IMG/VR virus record: IMGVR_UViG_3300045971_000354
Coordinates: 79,464 to 143,463 of that record
Direction: 5' to 3' (one strand)
Length of the DNA: 64,000 nucleotides
From: a virus
Under the pieces are notes generated by a model. That model did not search any database. It saw nothing but the letters and a program-made list of their open reading frames with translations, and was not told the DNA's origin. Shown piece after piece: positions 27,440-37,119 of the stretch. The first letter of the stretch is position 1. The number at the start of each line of letters is the position of its first letter. The position numbers and the translations under genes were made by a program.

Positions 27440-28279
27440 TTATTTTTTCTTTGCTGCTAAAGTTTCGATTAAGACATTTTCCAACCAAACTTCGTAGGAT
27501 TCTTTCATCTTTCTTCTTCGCAATGGGTCAACAGCTTCTTTCTGAGCAGCTTTTTGTTTCTTTTTGTAATCAGCACTTGCTTTATCTGCGGCTACTTCTT
27601 TCTTAGAAGGTTTACCTTTTTGCAACTTAGGATCATACAACGGCCCATTCCAATCGTTAGCTTCGCCTAAGCCGCGCTTTTTCATTTCACGATCGACTAC
27701 TCGATTTTGTAATGCTTGTGGGCTGTGTGGTTCTGCTGGACCATCGACATCCTTGTATATTTTGCCCTTAAGATCTAAGTTCTTAATTGTTTTGTCATCG
27801 TGGCCTTTGTTACGCTTGACAATTTCGCCAGGCTTTCCTTGAGCTCCGCCCCAACCTTGCATACCACGCTTCACTTGCTTCACGCCACGCTTGATTGTAT
27901 CGCCAATTCCTTCTTCTTGACTTCCGCCCTCTGGAAGACCACCGTGCTTTACTTTGCTCCACTTTTGATCAGATCCTTGTGGAGTCATTACCGGACCTTC
28001 TGCCACTGTGCTACGATCGCACGTATTTCTCTTGCTGCAAGTACTGCATTCACATGTTTTAGTGGCACAAGATCTACCTTCTTCGAGTTGTCTTGCTAAT
28101 TCAATTTGCAAGCTTTCTGCATATTCTTTATTCTTATGCTTTACATCGCCTTGCTTTAATGCTTTCTTCTTATCTTTATGAGCACCAGCCGCTCCACTTT
28201 TTGCTTTTGCAGCCATAACTTGCTGATTAGGATTTCTGGGTTTCAGAGAAGGAATTTCGATTTTATTTTTGTTGCTCAT
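27440..28279 (-). CDS. Lys-rich putative internal virion protein
   Basis: Start MSNKNK at 28279; repeated h-x-E motifs (YAES, LEEG, VAEG, LPEG, LGEA, MKES). Confidence 0.6.
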   Translation of the reverse strand: MSNKNKIEIPSLKPRNPNQQVMAAKAKSGAAGAHKDKKKALKQGDVKHKNKEYAESLQIELARQLEEGRSCATKTCECSTCSKRNTCDRSTVAEGPVMTPQGSDQKWSKVKHGGLPEGGSQEEGIGDTIKRGVKQVKRGMQGWGGAQGKPGEIVKRNKGHDDKTIKNLDLKGKIYKDVDGPAEPHSPQALQNRVVDREMKKRGLGEANDWNGPLYDPKLQKGKPSKKEVAADKASADYKKKQKAAQKEAVDPLRRRKMKESYEVWLENVLIETLAAKKK

Positions 28280-28997
28280 TTGGCACCTTTTTACAATTAT
28301 CAAAGTGATATTTTATCATATTATTTAGTCCACCTTCTTTGTCACAATGCGGACAGATTACACGTTTTTGAGGACCTGCCTTTTTACCTCGCACCGGGTT
28401 GTCTGATCTCAATTTTATTTCACTCATTAATTTTTTTGTTTCGTCTGAATGTTTTTTTCCTAAATTTGGCGGATTGAATTTTTGTGTTTCTTTTCGTTTA
28501 AGCTTAGTAGCTTCTGATTGCTTGTGACCAGTTTTTCTTGCTAACTTATTTTTATTAGCTATATCCGGATCTGGATGATTTTTGCAGTTATCGAAGTGAT
28601 ACCGAGATAACGCATTTCTTCCACCTTCTTTGTTACAATGCGGGCAAGATATAATGCTGTGCGGTTTTTTGTTAACGATTTTAAATCGCTCGCCGGTAAG
28701 TTGACCGACCCGGCGCCTTATCCATCCGAACGATTTGTTGTTTGATCGATTACCTGCAGGATCAAAACACATAAGATGTGCAGCGTATACTAGCTTGGGG
28801 TCGCTGGGATAGATTTTGACTAATAGTTGATGAGCTAGGAAATGCTCTTCGGCAGTTAATTTGACTAAATTTGTTTTGCAGTTAGTTCCACCTACACACC
28901 GAGGAATAATGTGATGGTTTTCGGAATACACGTTAACTGGCAATATTCGGATACGTGCGCGATCTATGAGGAGAGTGTAGTGCTTTTTATAATTCAT
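28263..28997 (-). mobile_element. Free-standing HNH homing endonuclease with two CPHC zinc-ribbon repeats and NUMOD3
   Basis: ENHHIIPRCVGG.N...NLV.LTAEEHFLAHQLL; CPHC.KEGG...YHFDNCK twice. Confidence 0.85.
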
Positions 28998-29045
28998 AAA
29001 ATAAGTTATTAAACTTATTTATCTTATTGCGACAAAGGTGCGGAG

Positions 29046-29219
29046 TTATCTCTTTATTACGTTGGTAGGTTTTTTCTTCTTTGCTTTGCTACTCGTTGCC
29101 CCTGGGCCACCATTTAAAAATCCGTTTCCGTAGGCGCCTGTTGCAACGTTGCTTGCAATATTTGCAGATGAGATAGCTCCTTCACTTGCGGATTCTTTGA
29201 ATAGTTCTTTTATTTTCAT
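29046..29219 (-). CDS. 57-aa putative virion protein (not in ORF track)
   Basis: MKIKELFKESASEGAISSANIAS...VIKR; ATGA overlap with upstream gene. Confidence 0.7.
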   Translation of the reverse strand: MKIKELFKESASEGAISSANIASNVATGAYGNGFLNGGPGATSSKAKKKKPTNVIKR

Positions 29220-29599
29220 TTCTTACTCTTCTTCATCCAATTTGGAGTTGGACTATGCTTGTGTGTATCTTCGGGCTCGGAACTTTTAGACCAAGGTGTA
29301 ACTCGTTTATGATCAGACGGTACAGTATTATACGCTGCCTGCATCATATTATCTTCTTCTTTTGTATAAGGATGTGTTGTATTATATTTTTCTACCCAAC
29401 TCGACGCATCTACACCATCAATTTTTTTAGTGTCTTGACCATGCGCCATTGCAACAGCCATTCCTATTCTATTCATATGATATATACGATCGTACCCACC
29501 GGTATCACGTGCACGGGACACGCCCTTCTGCACCGCAACATGGTGGTCATGCATCTTTCCCTCGGGAGCGGTTTCTACAATAAGTTCTTTAATCTTCAT
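29216..29599 (-). CDS. Putative virion protein
   Basis: N-terminus MKIKELIVE, ATGA coupling. Confidence 0.7.
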   Translation of the reverse strand: MKIKELIVETAPEGKMHDHHVAVQKGVSRARDTGGYDRIYHMNRIGMAVAMAHGQDTKKIDGVDASSWVEKYNTTHPYTKEEDNMMQAAYNTVPSDHKRVTPWSKSSEPEDTHKHSPTPNWMKKSKK

Positions 29600-29883
29600 A
29601 CTGGTTTTTCACCTGTTAGTCCCGGTCTACTAAACCAAAGTTTGATGTATTCATCAGATCCTGGCTTAATATTATGTTGACGCATGAGTTCAACCTTGCT
29701 TACTTCATTAGTTGTATTTATAGGTTTTTGTTTAGCCTTGTATTCTGCAAGTCTTGCTTCAGCACCTAACCCGCCCATTAACTGGCCAATTTTTAGTTCG
29801 TGTATAGGATCATCGGGAGCAAGATAACAATCGTCGTCGCTATCTTTGCTTAGGTTATCACTAGTTATGTAGTATTGCTTCAT
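29596..29883 (-). CDS. Hypothetical phage protein
   Basis: 95 aa, ATGA coupling on both sides. Confidence 0.75.
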   Translation of the reverse strand: MKQYYITSDNLSKDSDDDCYLAPDDPIHELKIGQLMGGLGAEARLAEYKAKQKPINTTNEVSKVELMRQHNIKPGSDEYIKLWFSRPGLTGEKPV

Positions 29884-32800
29884 TTCTGCTTTAGTTGTTC
29901 TAGTAAGCTAGCGATTTGAGTTTCCCATCCTTCGCCAATTTTAACACCTTTTGACTCTACGCTTTCTGCACCTACTAAGTCACCTGCTTTTGCCCCACGC
30001 TTCTGATTGCGTAGTTGTCCAGCTGTTCCTAGCTTGTTCTTATCAGATCCGGAAAATGCACTCTTAGGTAGCATTGCTTCGGATTTTTTACCAGTAGCAG
30101 CATCGTGTCTAGCTTGCATTTTAGCAGTAAATGCAGGAGTTGCTGTTGACTTACTTTTCGTGATATGTGGACTATTCTTTTGAGTATTGCCCGGTAGCGA
30201 TCTAGTCATTACTCCCGTTGCTGCTGCAATTGGAAATGATTCGGTTTTCTTTGGCTCTTCCTTTTTAGGAATGCTCGACGGAATAACAGAACGTGATTGA
30301 CGTGCTGCTGTCTTACCTTGCGAGTTTTGTACTGCTTTTGCTAATCTCAGTTTAGCAGAAGTTGACTCTGCTATATTTTCTGATATACTTTTTCGAATAG
30401 TAATATCATTTGGTTTAGATAACATTAACATAGATAGTGCTTTATCAAGAGAAGTTGCATCAGGAAAAAACGCCGAAGTCATTATTAAATTACCATTATA
30501 CGATGCAAGAGGTTGTCGTGGCCATACATCTTCTGGATCATTGTTAAATTCTAATTGTATTATTTTTTTGTCAGTTGGCTCTCTATAAATCTTTGTAATT
30601 TGTTTAGGAGTTCTGAATCCGAATAATTCTGCGTTATCTTGTGATAATTGTAAGTTTAAAATAGATACTGATGTCCCTACATTAATCTGCATATTTTTAC
30701 GCTGATCTAATTTTTTAAATGTTTCTAGAAATTGTTTTCCCGAATCTACTACTTTCGAAATACCTTCGAACACAGCTGAACTTAGCCGCGTAAAATGTGT
30801 GTGTGGCCCAATTGGCACTCCGCATTTTCTCATCTCCGGAATAAGCGATTTTTGGACATAATTAACAATTTCGTCTACAGTTAATTCTTTTACATAGAAT
30901 GCAGTATACGATTCGGCCATTCTAGGATCGCCTTTTAATTTTAATGCAGCATCTACTTGCTTTGCGTGTATCTTTTCTTCAGCACTTCGCTTTCCATTTA
31001 CTCTATTAATACCTTTTCGTAATGAAGTAGGAGCAGGAGAATCTTTAAGATCCTTCTTGTACTTCAGTAGCTTATCAATAGTAAGTTCGGATATCTTACC
31101 TTCACCCATTGGCACTTTAACTCCGCGCTTCTGTAATTCTGCTTGCAACGCTTGCAGCTTGTTTGGTGCACGGGCAATAGCATTGCGAATATCGCCTGCT
31201 ATCTTGCTAGGTAATTTACTTAACACATCATTTACGATCTGTTCAGCGTGACCTGCTTGTTGTCCGATGGCTGGATTCTTAGGAGACTTTGCTACCGGCT
31301 CGTCGTCATAATCATCCTCTTCTCCGGATGCTTCTAACTCGCTTAGATAATTTCTAAAGTCTTGTTTCGCTTTAATCCACAACTGTGCCTTGCGAGCTAA
31401 TTCTTGATCGCCGATCTTCTGTCCCATTTGTGCAAGAATTTCGGGTAACTGATCTGCTAGTGCACTAAAGTTTTTAGGAAGTGTTCCTAGAAAATCATTT
31501 AACGGTGCAGCATGTCTCGGACTTTGTTGCGCCAAGTGGCGTAATTCTTTACCTAACTTGTTAAAGTAAAAATTATTGTACCAACGAGATGCAGCACCAG
31601 CGGCAACCATTTGAAATCCTTTTAGATCTCCTTTACTTGCATAAAACTGTTTTGCCATCTGTTTCATTGTTGCATACAATTGAAGAACTGGCTCCCCGAT
31701 ATCATTTGAAATTGCGCGAAGTGTAGATTTTAATTCTGGACCCTCATCGACAATATAGTTACCTATTCCAACTCCTGCCATCCTGTCTTGGTATTCTTTC
31801 ACGGTATGAGTTATTATTTTATTTTTCAATGACCACTCGCTGAATTTTAGCCCTAACATTGTTTTAAATTTTTCTAGGTCGTTGATTGTTGGAAAAAATA
31901 ATACAGTTTTGAGTAAGTCGCCTTCTACTGAATTACCTTCTGGAAATTGTTTCTTAACACCGTTTATTTCAAAAATTACCTTACCAGAAGTATACCTAAG
32001 TAATTTATATGGTTGATCAAAATGTGCAACACTTAATAGGTGTGCAGGCAACATTGAAGTTATCGAAGTGTATACATACGATTTGCCTACTATCGGAGCA
32101 TTACTATATATTTTTAAGAAATTTTGTAAATTTTTGTAATCGGCGCTGTTTTCAAATAACTTAGGAGTTTTTAGTAGTTCTTGTCGTAGGTCCTCTTCTT
32201 GCTCTTCCCATATTGGCTCTAATGGAATATTATCAAAATCTTCAGAAATAATTGCCTGGAAATTAGTTAAGTGCGGCATAGTTAGCGCATTAAACAATCG
32301 CATCTCTGCAACTGGTGATCCTGCTGGTGTTACTGCCGGAGCAGCAGGCGCCGCAGGCTGTTGCGGAATATCTTGTACTCCCATCCCTTTCTTTGTTAGG
32401 TCCATTAAGTGCTTAATCCAATCAGCCCCTAACTTTTTAATATCAAATCCTTGGCTCCACACTTGAAATTGTTGCTCAGGAGTTGCATTTGGATCTTTTA
32501 AAATATTGCGAAGCTTAGTAAAGCTCATTCCAGTTCCGCGAGGTGTAACTTCTAAACTAACCTTGACATGTTCGTATCCTTGGAACTTATTAACAGCTTT
32601 CATTAATGCATTAGCAATGTTCATATTAGCGCGGTCTTCACCCACCATAATAATAATGTTGTCGTATCTTGGCGGCTTGCCCGGCAATGGATTAATTAAC
32701 TCATGCTTGATTTTTTGTATTAACGATCCGCTATCTTGTACCGTACTAATATTGCTTGCATACTGTGGATACATTTTATGCCAGGTCTGTACTTTAACCG

Positions 32801-35537
32801 CTGGCGGAATAGGATCGTCTTTGCCTTCTGCATTTCCAATAAACAAATACGGATCTCCACCTACCTCTTTAGCTTTGTTAATTGTGTAATCAAATAATTG
32901 CTCGTGACCAATGTGTCCTACAAAACTTCCAATAGCAACTACTGCGGTTTTACTAGAATTTTCACGAGGGCGTTCTGTTCTTGCAGTTGCCTTTGCTGCT
33001 AGTTTATCTGCAATAACTTTACGTTGTTCGGTACTAGTTACTTTAACAGGTCCAAGGCGAGTGTTTAACACTATGCCTTCGTAGTCTTGACCTAATATGT
33101 CTTTACCTACAATATTAGGATCTTCGGCAATTGCCTTTTCTAATGCAAGTTTAACTGGCTGTAATGCCGCAGCAACATCTTGCTTTCGCTTTAGACTACC
33201 GGGACTCTTATCAGCTAACATTGCCTTAAATTGTGATATGTTTTCTATTGGAGGAACTAACGCTGTTACATCTAACGCCTCGTTTTGTGTTAAGCTATTA
33301 TCAATAAACATCACACTACCTAACTTTCCTACGCTAAGTAGTTCTTTTATGAACTCGTTTGCATTTGGTAATTCTTCGCCAGTATCTGCTTCTACTACTC
33401 GAAACGGAACAAGTGCAAGTTGGATACCTGATGGTAACTTGTCATAATGTATTCCTACAAACTTTAGCTTTCCTTCCGGAGTTTCAGTTGCAAACGGCAA
33501 ATATAATACTTCACAAGTTACTTGCTTGTTAAGTAAAAATTCAGGACCTAACTTGCTGTCGACTAATTTAACAGCATTCATCATCTCAGTGAATAAATCG
33601 TCAAACAGTTGAGCTCTTCCTAAAATTTCTGGATCAGTTGTTCCTTTCTTTTGATGATAGTCTACAAACCCTGCTTGATACCGAGGTGGTGTGTTACTTG
33701 TGCCCATGAAAGGCTTCCCGGCAGCATCCTTTCCAAAGCGCCCGCCAAATCCGTCGACTTTAACATTTAGTGGCATATTCTCCAACTTAAATGCACCATT
33801 GCCGTCGTGCAACTCATCTAACAAATCTAAGAAATCTATAGTCTTTAGATCTCGTAGATGTGGCATTCCTTTTCTGAGTTGTGCTTTTACTTCTGGTTGC
33901 GGAATAGGATCCTTATTATGTTCAGTTCCGATAGCCTCTGCAACCGGTTGCTTTGCAGCAGACTTTGCTTTGAACTGTTCTTCGTAATTCATTGCTTGCT
34001 GCACTGCTTGCTTCCTTGTTTCTTGTCCATTTGCGAGTTTTAATGGCTTATGACCGTCACCGCCTAATACCATTATATCAAGTGCTGCTAGCTTTGTATC
34101 ACGATCCCTAACTGGATCATCTTTTGTAATCATTTGGGCTTGCTGCCCAAATAAAATATCAATAAAATGTTGTGCAACTGCTTCGCGTTGTGTATCATCT
34201 AAATATCTGTTCATTAGATCTATTGTACCAACAAAGCTTTGTTGTAATTTTAAATCCTGAGCTTTTGGTTTTACACCGTAAACTTTCTGAAACTGCGATG
34301 AAAGATTTTGATCGTAGCTGCGTTGTGAAGGTTCGAGCAACTGCATAACAGGAATGCCGTCTTTTTCCATCGGTTGATTTGTTTCCGGATCGATGTATGG
34401 CTGATACTTTGAACTTAGACCACCGCCTTGTGCGCTTGTTACTGCAAACGAATAATCTGCATCAGTAACTGGTTCAGGGCTAATTTTTGTGCTCTTCTTT
34501 AAAACACGAGCAACATATTTTGTACTTGCTTGTGATGTAGGCAATGCACGGTTAATCCATTTGTGGAATACACCCTTGATGCCTGATGCCATATCGTCGT
34601 AATGAGAACTATGACTGTATGCAAACCAGTCAGATGGTTCATTCTTTTCTTTGTTATATGGTCCAAGCTCGTAGTCAATTTGAATCTTAACTGGCGGCTC
34701 ATCTAGCATCCATAATGCAGATAGCGATGAATTAAACCCGACAAATGTTCCATTACCGATCTTTTGACCTACAATAGATTTCAACCATGCAGCTACATCG
34801 TCGCCAATTTCTTGATCAACTTGCGTGTCGATGTCGCCGACTTTTACTTTCTTTAGCTTATTCATAAAGTCTTGAGTGCTAACACTCTTGACATCGAAAA
34901 ACTGTAAACTGCTTCCACTGAACATTTTTCCAGATGCGATTAGCTTCGGATCCCAAATAGGACGTCCGTATGTTGCAGCAAACGAATCATTTTGCGCAGA
35001 AAGTAGTTCTCTGATCTTTCCTACCATGAAATCACGATTATGCAATTTCAAATCAATTTCTTCGGCCTCGTGTTCTCCGGGCATACCTTGCCAACCGGGG
35101 CTTGTGTTTGATAAATTTCCACCTTCGCTAATTGCTTTTGCACTTAAAAATTCAGGATGCAGTTTATTAAACTCTCGCATAATAATGCCCGCGGCGATGT
35201 GAGCATCGTTTTCAGTTTGTGATCCTGTACTTGGATCCATTTTATCACCGTCAACGAATTGCTTTGCATGATGTAACTCGTGAGCTAATGTACGTAGACT
35301 ATCTACTGGTTGACGATTACCTATAGCTAACTGAATTGTATAATTGTCTGGATTAAACTGCCCCATTGTTGGTTGCTGGGAATCTTGAATCTTCTTCTTC
35401 AAGATAATAGTCGGTAGCTTATCTAATTTTGTAATTTTCTTTGCAATAGGTAAGAATACGCGCAATATATCGTTGAAATCGTATTCACGAGATTCAGTTA
35501 TCTTATTAAACTGAGTAACAAAATCATTTAATTTCAT
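29880..35537 (-). CDS. 1885-aa multidomain protein: zincin, Pol-beta-type nucleotidyltransferase, ligase-fold domain, HIGH nucleotidyltransferase and unknown modules
   Basis: LRTLAHELHH; FSGSS...GDIDTQVD; NVKVDG...EVL...EGIVL...VK; GSFVGHIGH...MVGEDR...MSFTKLR. Confidence 0.75.
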   Translation of the reverse strand: MKLNDFVTQFNKITESREYDFNDILRVFLPIAKKITKLDKLPTIILKKKIQDSQQPTMGQFNPDNYTIQLAIGNRQPVDSLRTLAHELHHAKQFVDGDKMDPSTGSQTENDAHIAAGIIMREFNKLHPEFLSAKAISEGGNLSNTSPGWQGMPGEHEAEEIDLKLHNRDFMVGKIRELLSAQNDSFAATYGRPIWDPKLIASGKMFSGSSLQFFDVKSVSTQDFMNKLKKVKVGDIDTQVDQEIGDDVAAWLKSIVGQKIGNGTFVGFNSSLSALWMLDEPPVKIQIDYELGPYNKEKNEPSDWFAYSHSSHYDDMASGIKGVFHKWINRALPTSQASTKYVARVLKKSTKISPEPVTDADYSFAVTSAQGGGLSSKYQPYIDPETNQPMEKDGIPVMQLLEPSQRSYDQNLSSQFQKVYGVKPKAQDLKLQQSFVGTIDLMNRYLDDTQREAVAQHFIDILFGQQAQMITKDDPVRDRDTKLAALDIMVLGGDGHKPLKLANGQETRKQAVQQAMNYEEQFKAKSAAKQPVAEAIGTEHNKDPIPQPEVKAQLRKGMPHLRDLKTIDFLDLLDELHDGNGAFKLENMPLNVKVDGFGGRFGKDAAGKPFMGTSNTPPRYQAGFVDYHQKKGTTDPEILGRAQLFDDLFTEMMNAVKLVDSKLGPEFLLNKQVTCEVLYLPFATETPEGKLKFVGIHYDKLPSGIQLALVPFRVVEADTGEELPNANEFIKELLSVGKLGSVMFIDNSLTQNEALDVTALVPPIENISQFKAMLADKSPGSLKRKQDVAAALQPVKLALEKAIAEDPNIVGKDILGQDYEGIVLNTRLGPVKVTSTEQRKVIADKLAAKATARTERPRENSSKTAVVAIGSFVGHIGHEQLFDYTINKAKEVGGDPYLFIGNAEGKDDPIPPAVKVQTWHKMYPQYASNISTVQDSGSLIQKIKHELINPLPGKPPRYDNIIIMVGEDRANMNIANALMKAVNKFQGYEHVKVSLEVTPRGTGMSFTKLRNILKDPNATPEQQFQVWSQGFDIKKLGADWIKHLMDLTKKGMGVQDIPQQPAAPAAPAVTPAGSPVAEMRLFNALTMPHLTNFQAIISEDFDNIPLEPIWEEQEEDLRQELLKTPKLFENSADYKNLQNFLKIYSNAPIVGKSYVYTSITSMLPAHLLSVAHFDQPYKLLRYTSGKVIFEINGVKKQFPEGNSVEGDLLKTVLFFPTINDLEKFKTMLGLKFSEWSLKNKIITHTVKEYQDRMAGVGIGNYIVDEGPELKSTLRAISNDIGEPVLQLYATMKQMAKQFYASKGDLKGFQMVAAGAASRWYNNFYFNKLGKELRHLAQQSPRHAAPLNDFLGTLPKNFSALADQLPEILAQMGQKIGDQELARKAQLWIKAKQDFRNYLSELEASGEEDDYDDEPVAKSPKNPAIGQQAGHAEQIVNDVLSKLPSKIAGDIRNAIARAPNKLQALQAELQKRGVKVPMGEGKISELTIDKLLKYKKDLKDSPAPTSLRKGINRVNGKRSAEEKIHAKQVDAALKLKGDPRMAESYTAFYVKELTVDEIVNYVQKSLIPEMRKCGVPIGPHTHFTRLSSAVFEGISKVVDSGKQFLETFKKLDQRKNMQINVGTSVSILNLQLSQDNAELFGFRTPKQITKIYREPTDKKIIQLEFNNDPEDVWPRQPLASYNGNLIMTSAFFPDATSLDKALSMLMLSKPNDITIRKSISENIAESTSAKLRLAKAVQNSQGKTAARQSRSVIPSSIPKKEEPKKTESFPIAAATGVMTRSLPGNTQKNSPHITKSKSTATPAFTAKMQARHDAATGKKSEAMLPKSAFSGSDKNKLGTAGQLRNQKRGAKAGDLVGAESVESKGVKIGEGWETQIASLLEQLKQK

Positions 35538-35917
35538 ATCTTATACTCGCCTTTGATAATGTCTTTGTGGTGATGGTCTGCTAGGCGTTTGCATAACTCG
35601 ATAAAAAACTCTTTAGTAAATGTATCAGCTGGATGCCCCTTCACTTCTTTATCCTTGTAATATTCTAAGCAGCCTTCTTTGGCCATTGGCAACCATCTCT
35701 TCCAATCGTGCCCGCTTATTTTGTCATCCTTCTTGTGCGCTGCTTTAATTTCCTTTGCATGTGGGAGGAAATGTTTCTTGTGTAGATCGTCGCTATCCAA
35801 TATATGCCAAAATACAGCATCTGCAATTTTGCGTTCTTCTTCTTTTCCTAGGGTATCGGGATTACTATCCGGGTCAGAATCGTGTTTTATATTGCCAAAA
35901 AATTCAAATAGTCTCAT
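35534..35917 (-). CDS. Putative virion protein
   Basis: N-terminus MRLFEF, preceded by TAAATA (35945-35950). Confidence 0.7.
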   Translation of the reverse strand: MRLFEFFGNIKHDSDPDSNPDTLGKEEERKIADAVFWHILDSDDLHKKHFLPHAKEIKAAHKKDDKISGHDWKRWLPMAKEGCLEYYKDKEVKGHPADTFTKEFFIELCKRLADHHHKDIIKGEYKI

Positions 35918-35953
35918 ATTAGCTCACAAGTAGTTATTACCCTATATTTAGCG

Positions 35954-36421
35954 TTAAAAGTTTAGTGTGGCAGAATGTAGTGTGCCGCGGCTAAAGTCCA
36001 TGCGTATGCGCAGCCATGCATAATTTCCCGTAAATTCTTTTAGATTTGTTTGTACAGGGTGGCTAATCGCACCACTAAATCCGCCGCTAATCCCTGCACC
36101 TCCAGTAGTTTCTAGACCTACATAGATTTGTTTCGTTTCTGCAATATCGACCCATTCTGCATCAACAGGATTCGGGTATAAGCTAGCTTGTACTAGCAAT
36201 GACCCCATAAAACTTCCTTCAATAACGTATTGAATGGAATGAAGTACGCTTCCTAGCCCGTAGTACCCGCCCGCTTTTTCTTTTACGCTATACAATGTTA
36301 GCACAGGATCGGGTTTCCTGCCATCTACCATCTGTGGGAATGTTAGCCCTACTTGGGATGTGTGGGTATTTTTAGTCGACCACGGATTGTAAAATTCAAA
36401 CGGTTTGCTTATTAATGGCAT
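35954..36421 (-). CDS. Hypothetical late protein
   Basis: 155 aa, SD AGGA, late core TAAATA 36440-36445. Confidence 0.7.
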   Translation of the reverse strand: MPLISKPFEFYNPWSTKNTHTSQVGLTFPQMVDGRKPDPVLTLYSVKEKAGGYYGLGSVLHSIQYVIEGSFMGSLLVQASLYPNPVDAEWVDIAETKQIYVGLETTGGAGISGGFSGAISHPVQTNLKEFTGNYAWLRIRMDFSRGTLHSATLNF

Positions 36422-36453
36422 GTTTGTTCCTAGATAAACTATTTACCAGCTTT

Positions 36454-37119
36454 CTAAGTATCTCTAAGAACGAACTCCTCTGCTCTCTTTACATACTTGC
36501 CTAAAAACAAGCTTACTAACAATAAGTGCGATTTATCATGTACATATAAGAAGGGCCCTTGATAAAATCGTCGCCCTTTCCCGTCTAACCACTGTAATGT
36601 AGTCTTGCTTGCTTGGATAGTTTCTGGATAGTTATCTAACCATTTGAGAAAACTAGCCCGTTGGTGCTCAGGAAATGCAGGTCTTATATATACTCTATGC
36701 TTAAATTTACTCTGCGGAAGTTTGTTACACAACACCTGCGCTGATTTTTCTTGCAATGTTGCTAACTCTGTATCATTTGCAGGTGCAGATATACTTTTGA
36801 CCCAATATGCCAACTCTTTCTTTATTTCTTCAAATTGTACAGGGTCATTTAGATACATTGTTATTGTATCATGTTCTACTCTGAGTTTTAGCCCTATATT
36901 TAGATATGGCTCTACATCATTTACAAATTGCAGCAATGTCGGTTTGTTAATATGGACAGTTCGACTATTCCCAGCACTTGCATCTAATGTAGAGCCTGTA
37001 CAAAACAATTTAGTTTTTTCAAGGCCCCAGTATCGTAAAAACGATGCTCCGTAGGTTTTTAGCTCTATACGGTAAGCCCACTTACCGTAATAAAGCTTAT
37101 TTGTCTGAAAGACTTTCAT
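36454..37119 (-). CDS. Hypothetical phage protein
   Basis: 221 aa overlapping the end of clpA. Confidence 0.75.
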   Translation of the reverse strand: MKVFQTNKLYYGKWAYRIELKTYGASFLRYWGLEKTKLFCTGSTLDASAGNSRTVHINKPTLLQFVNDVEPYLNIGLKLRVEHDTITMYLNDPVQFEEIKKELAYWVKSISAPANDTELATLQEKSAQVLCNKLPQSKFKHRVYIRPAFPEHQRASFLKWLDNYPETIQASKTTLQWLDGKGRRFYQGPFLYVHDKSHLLLVSLFLGKYVKRAEEFVLRDT

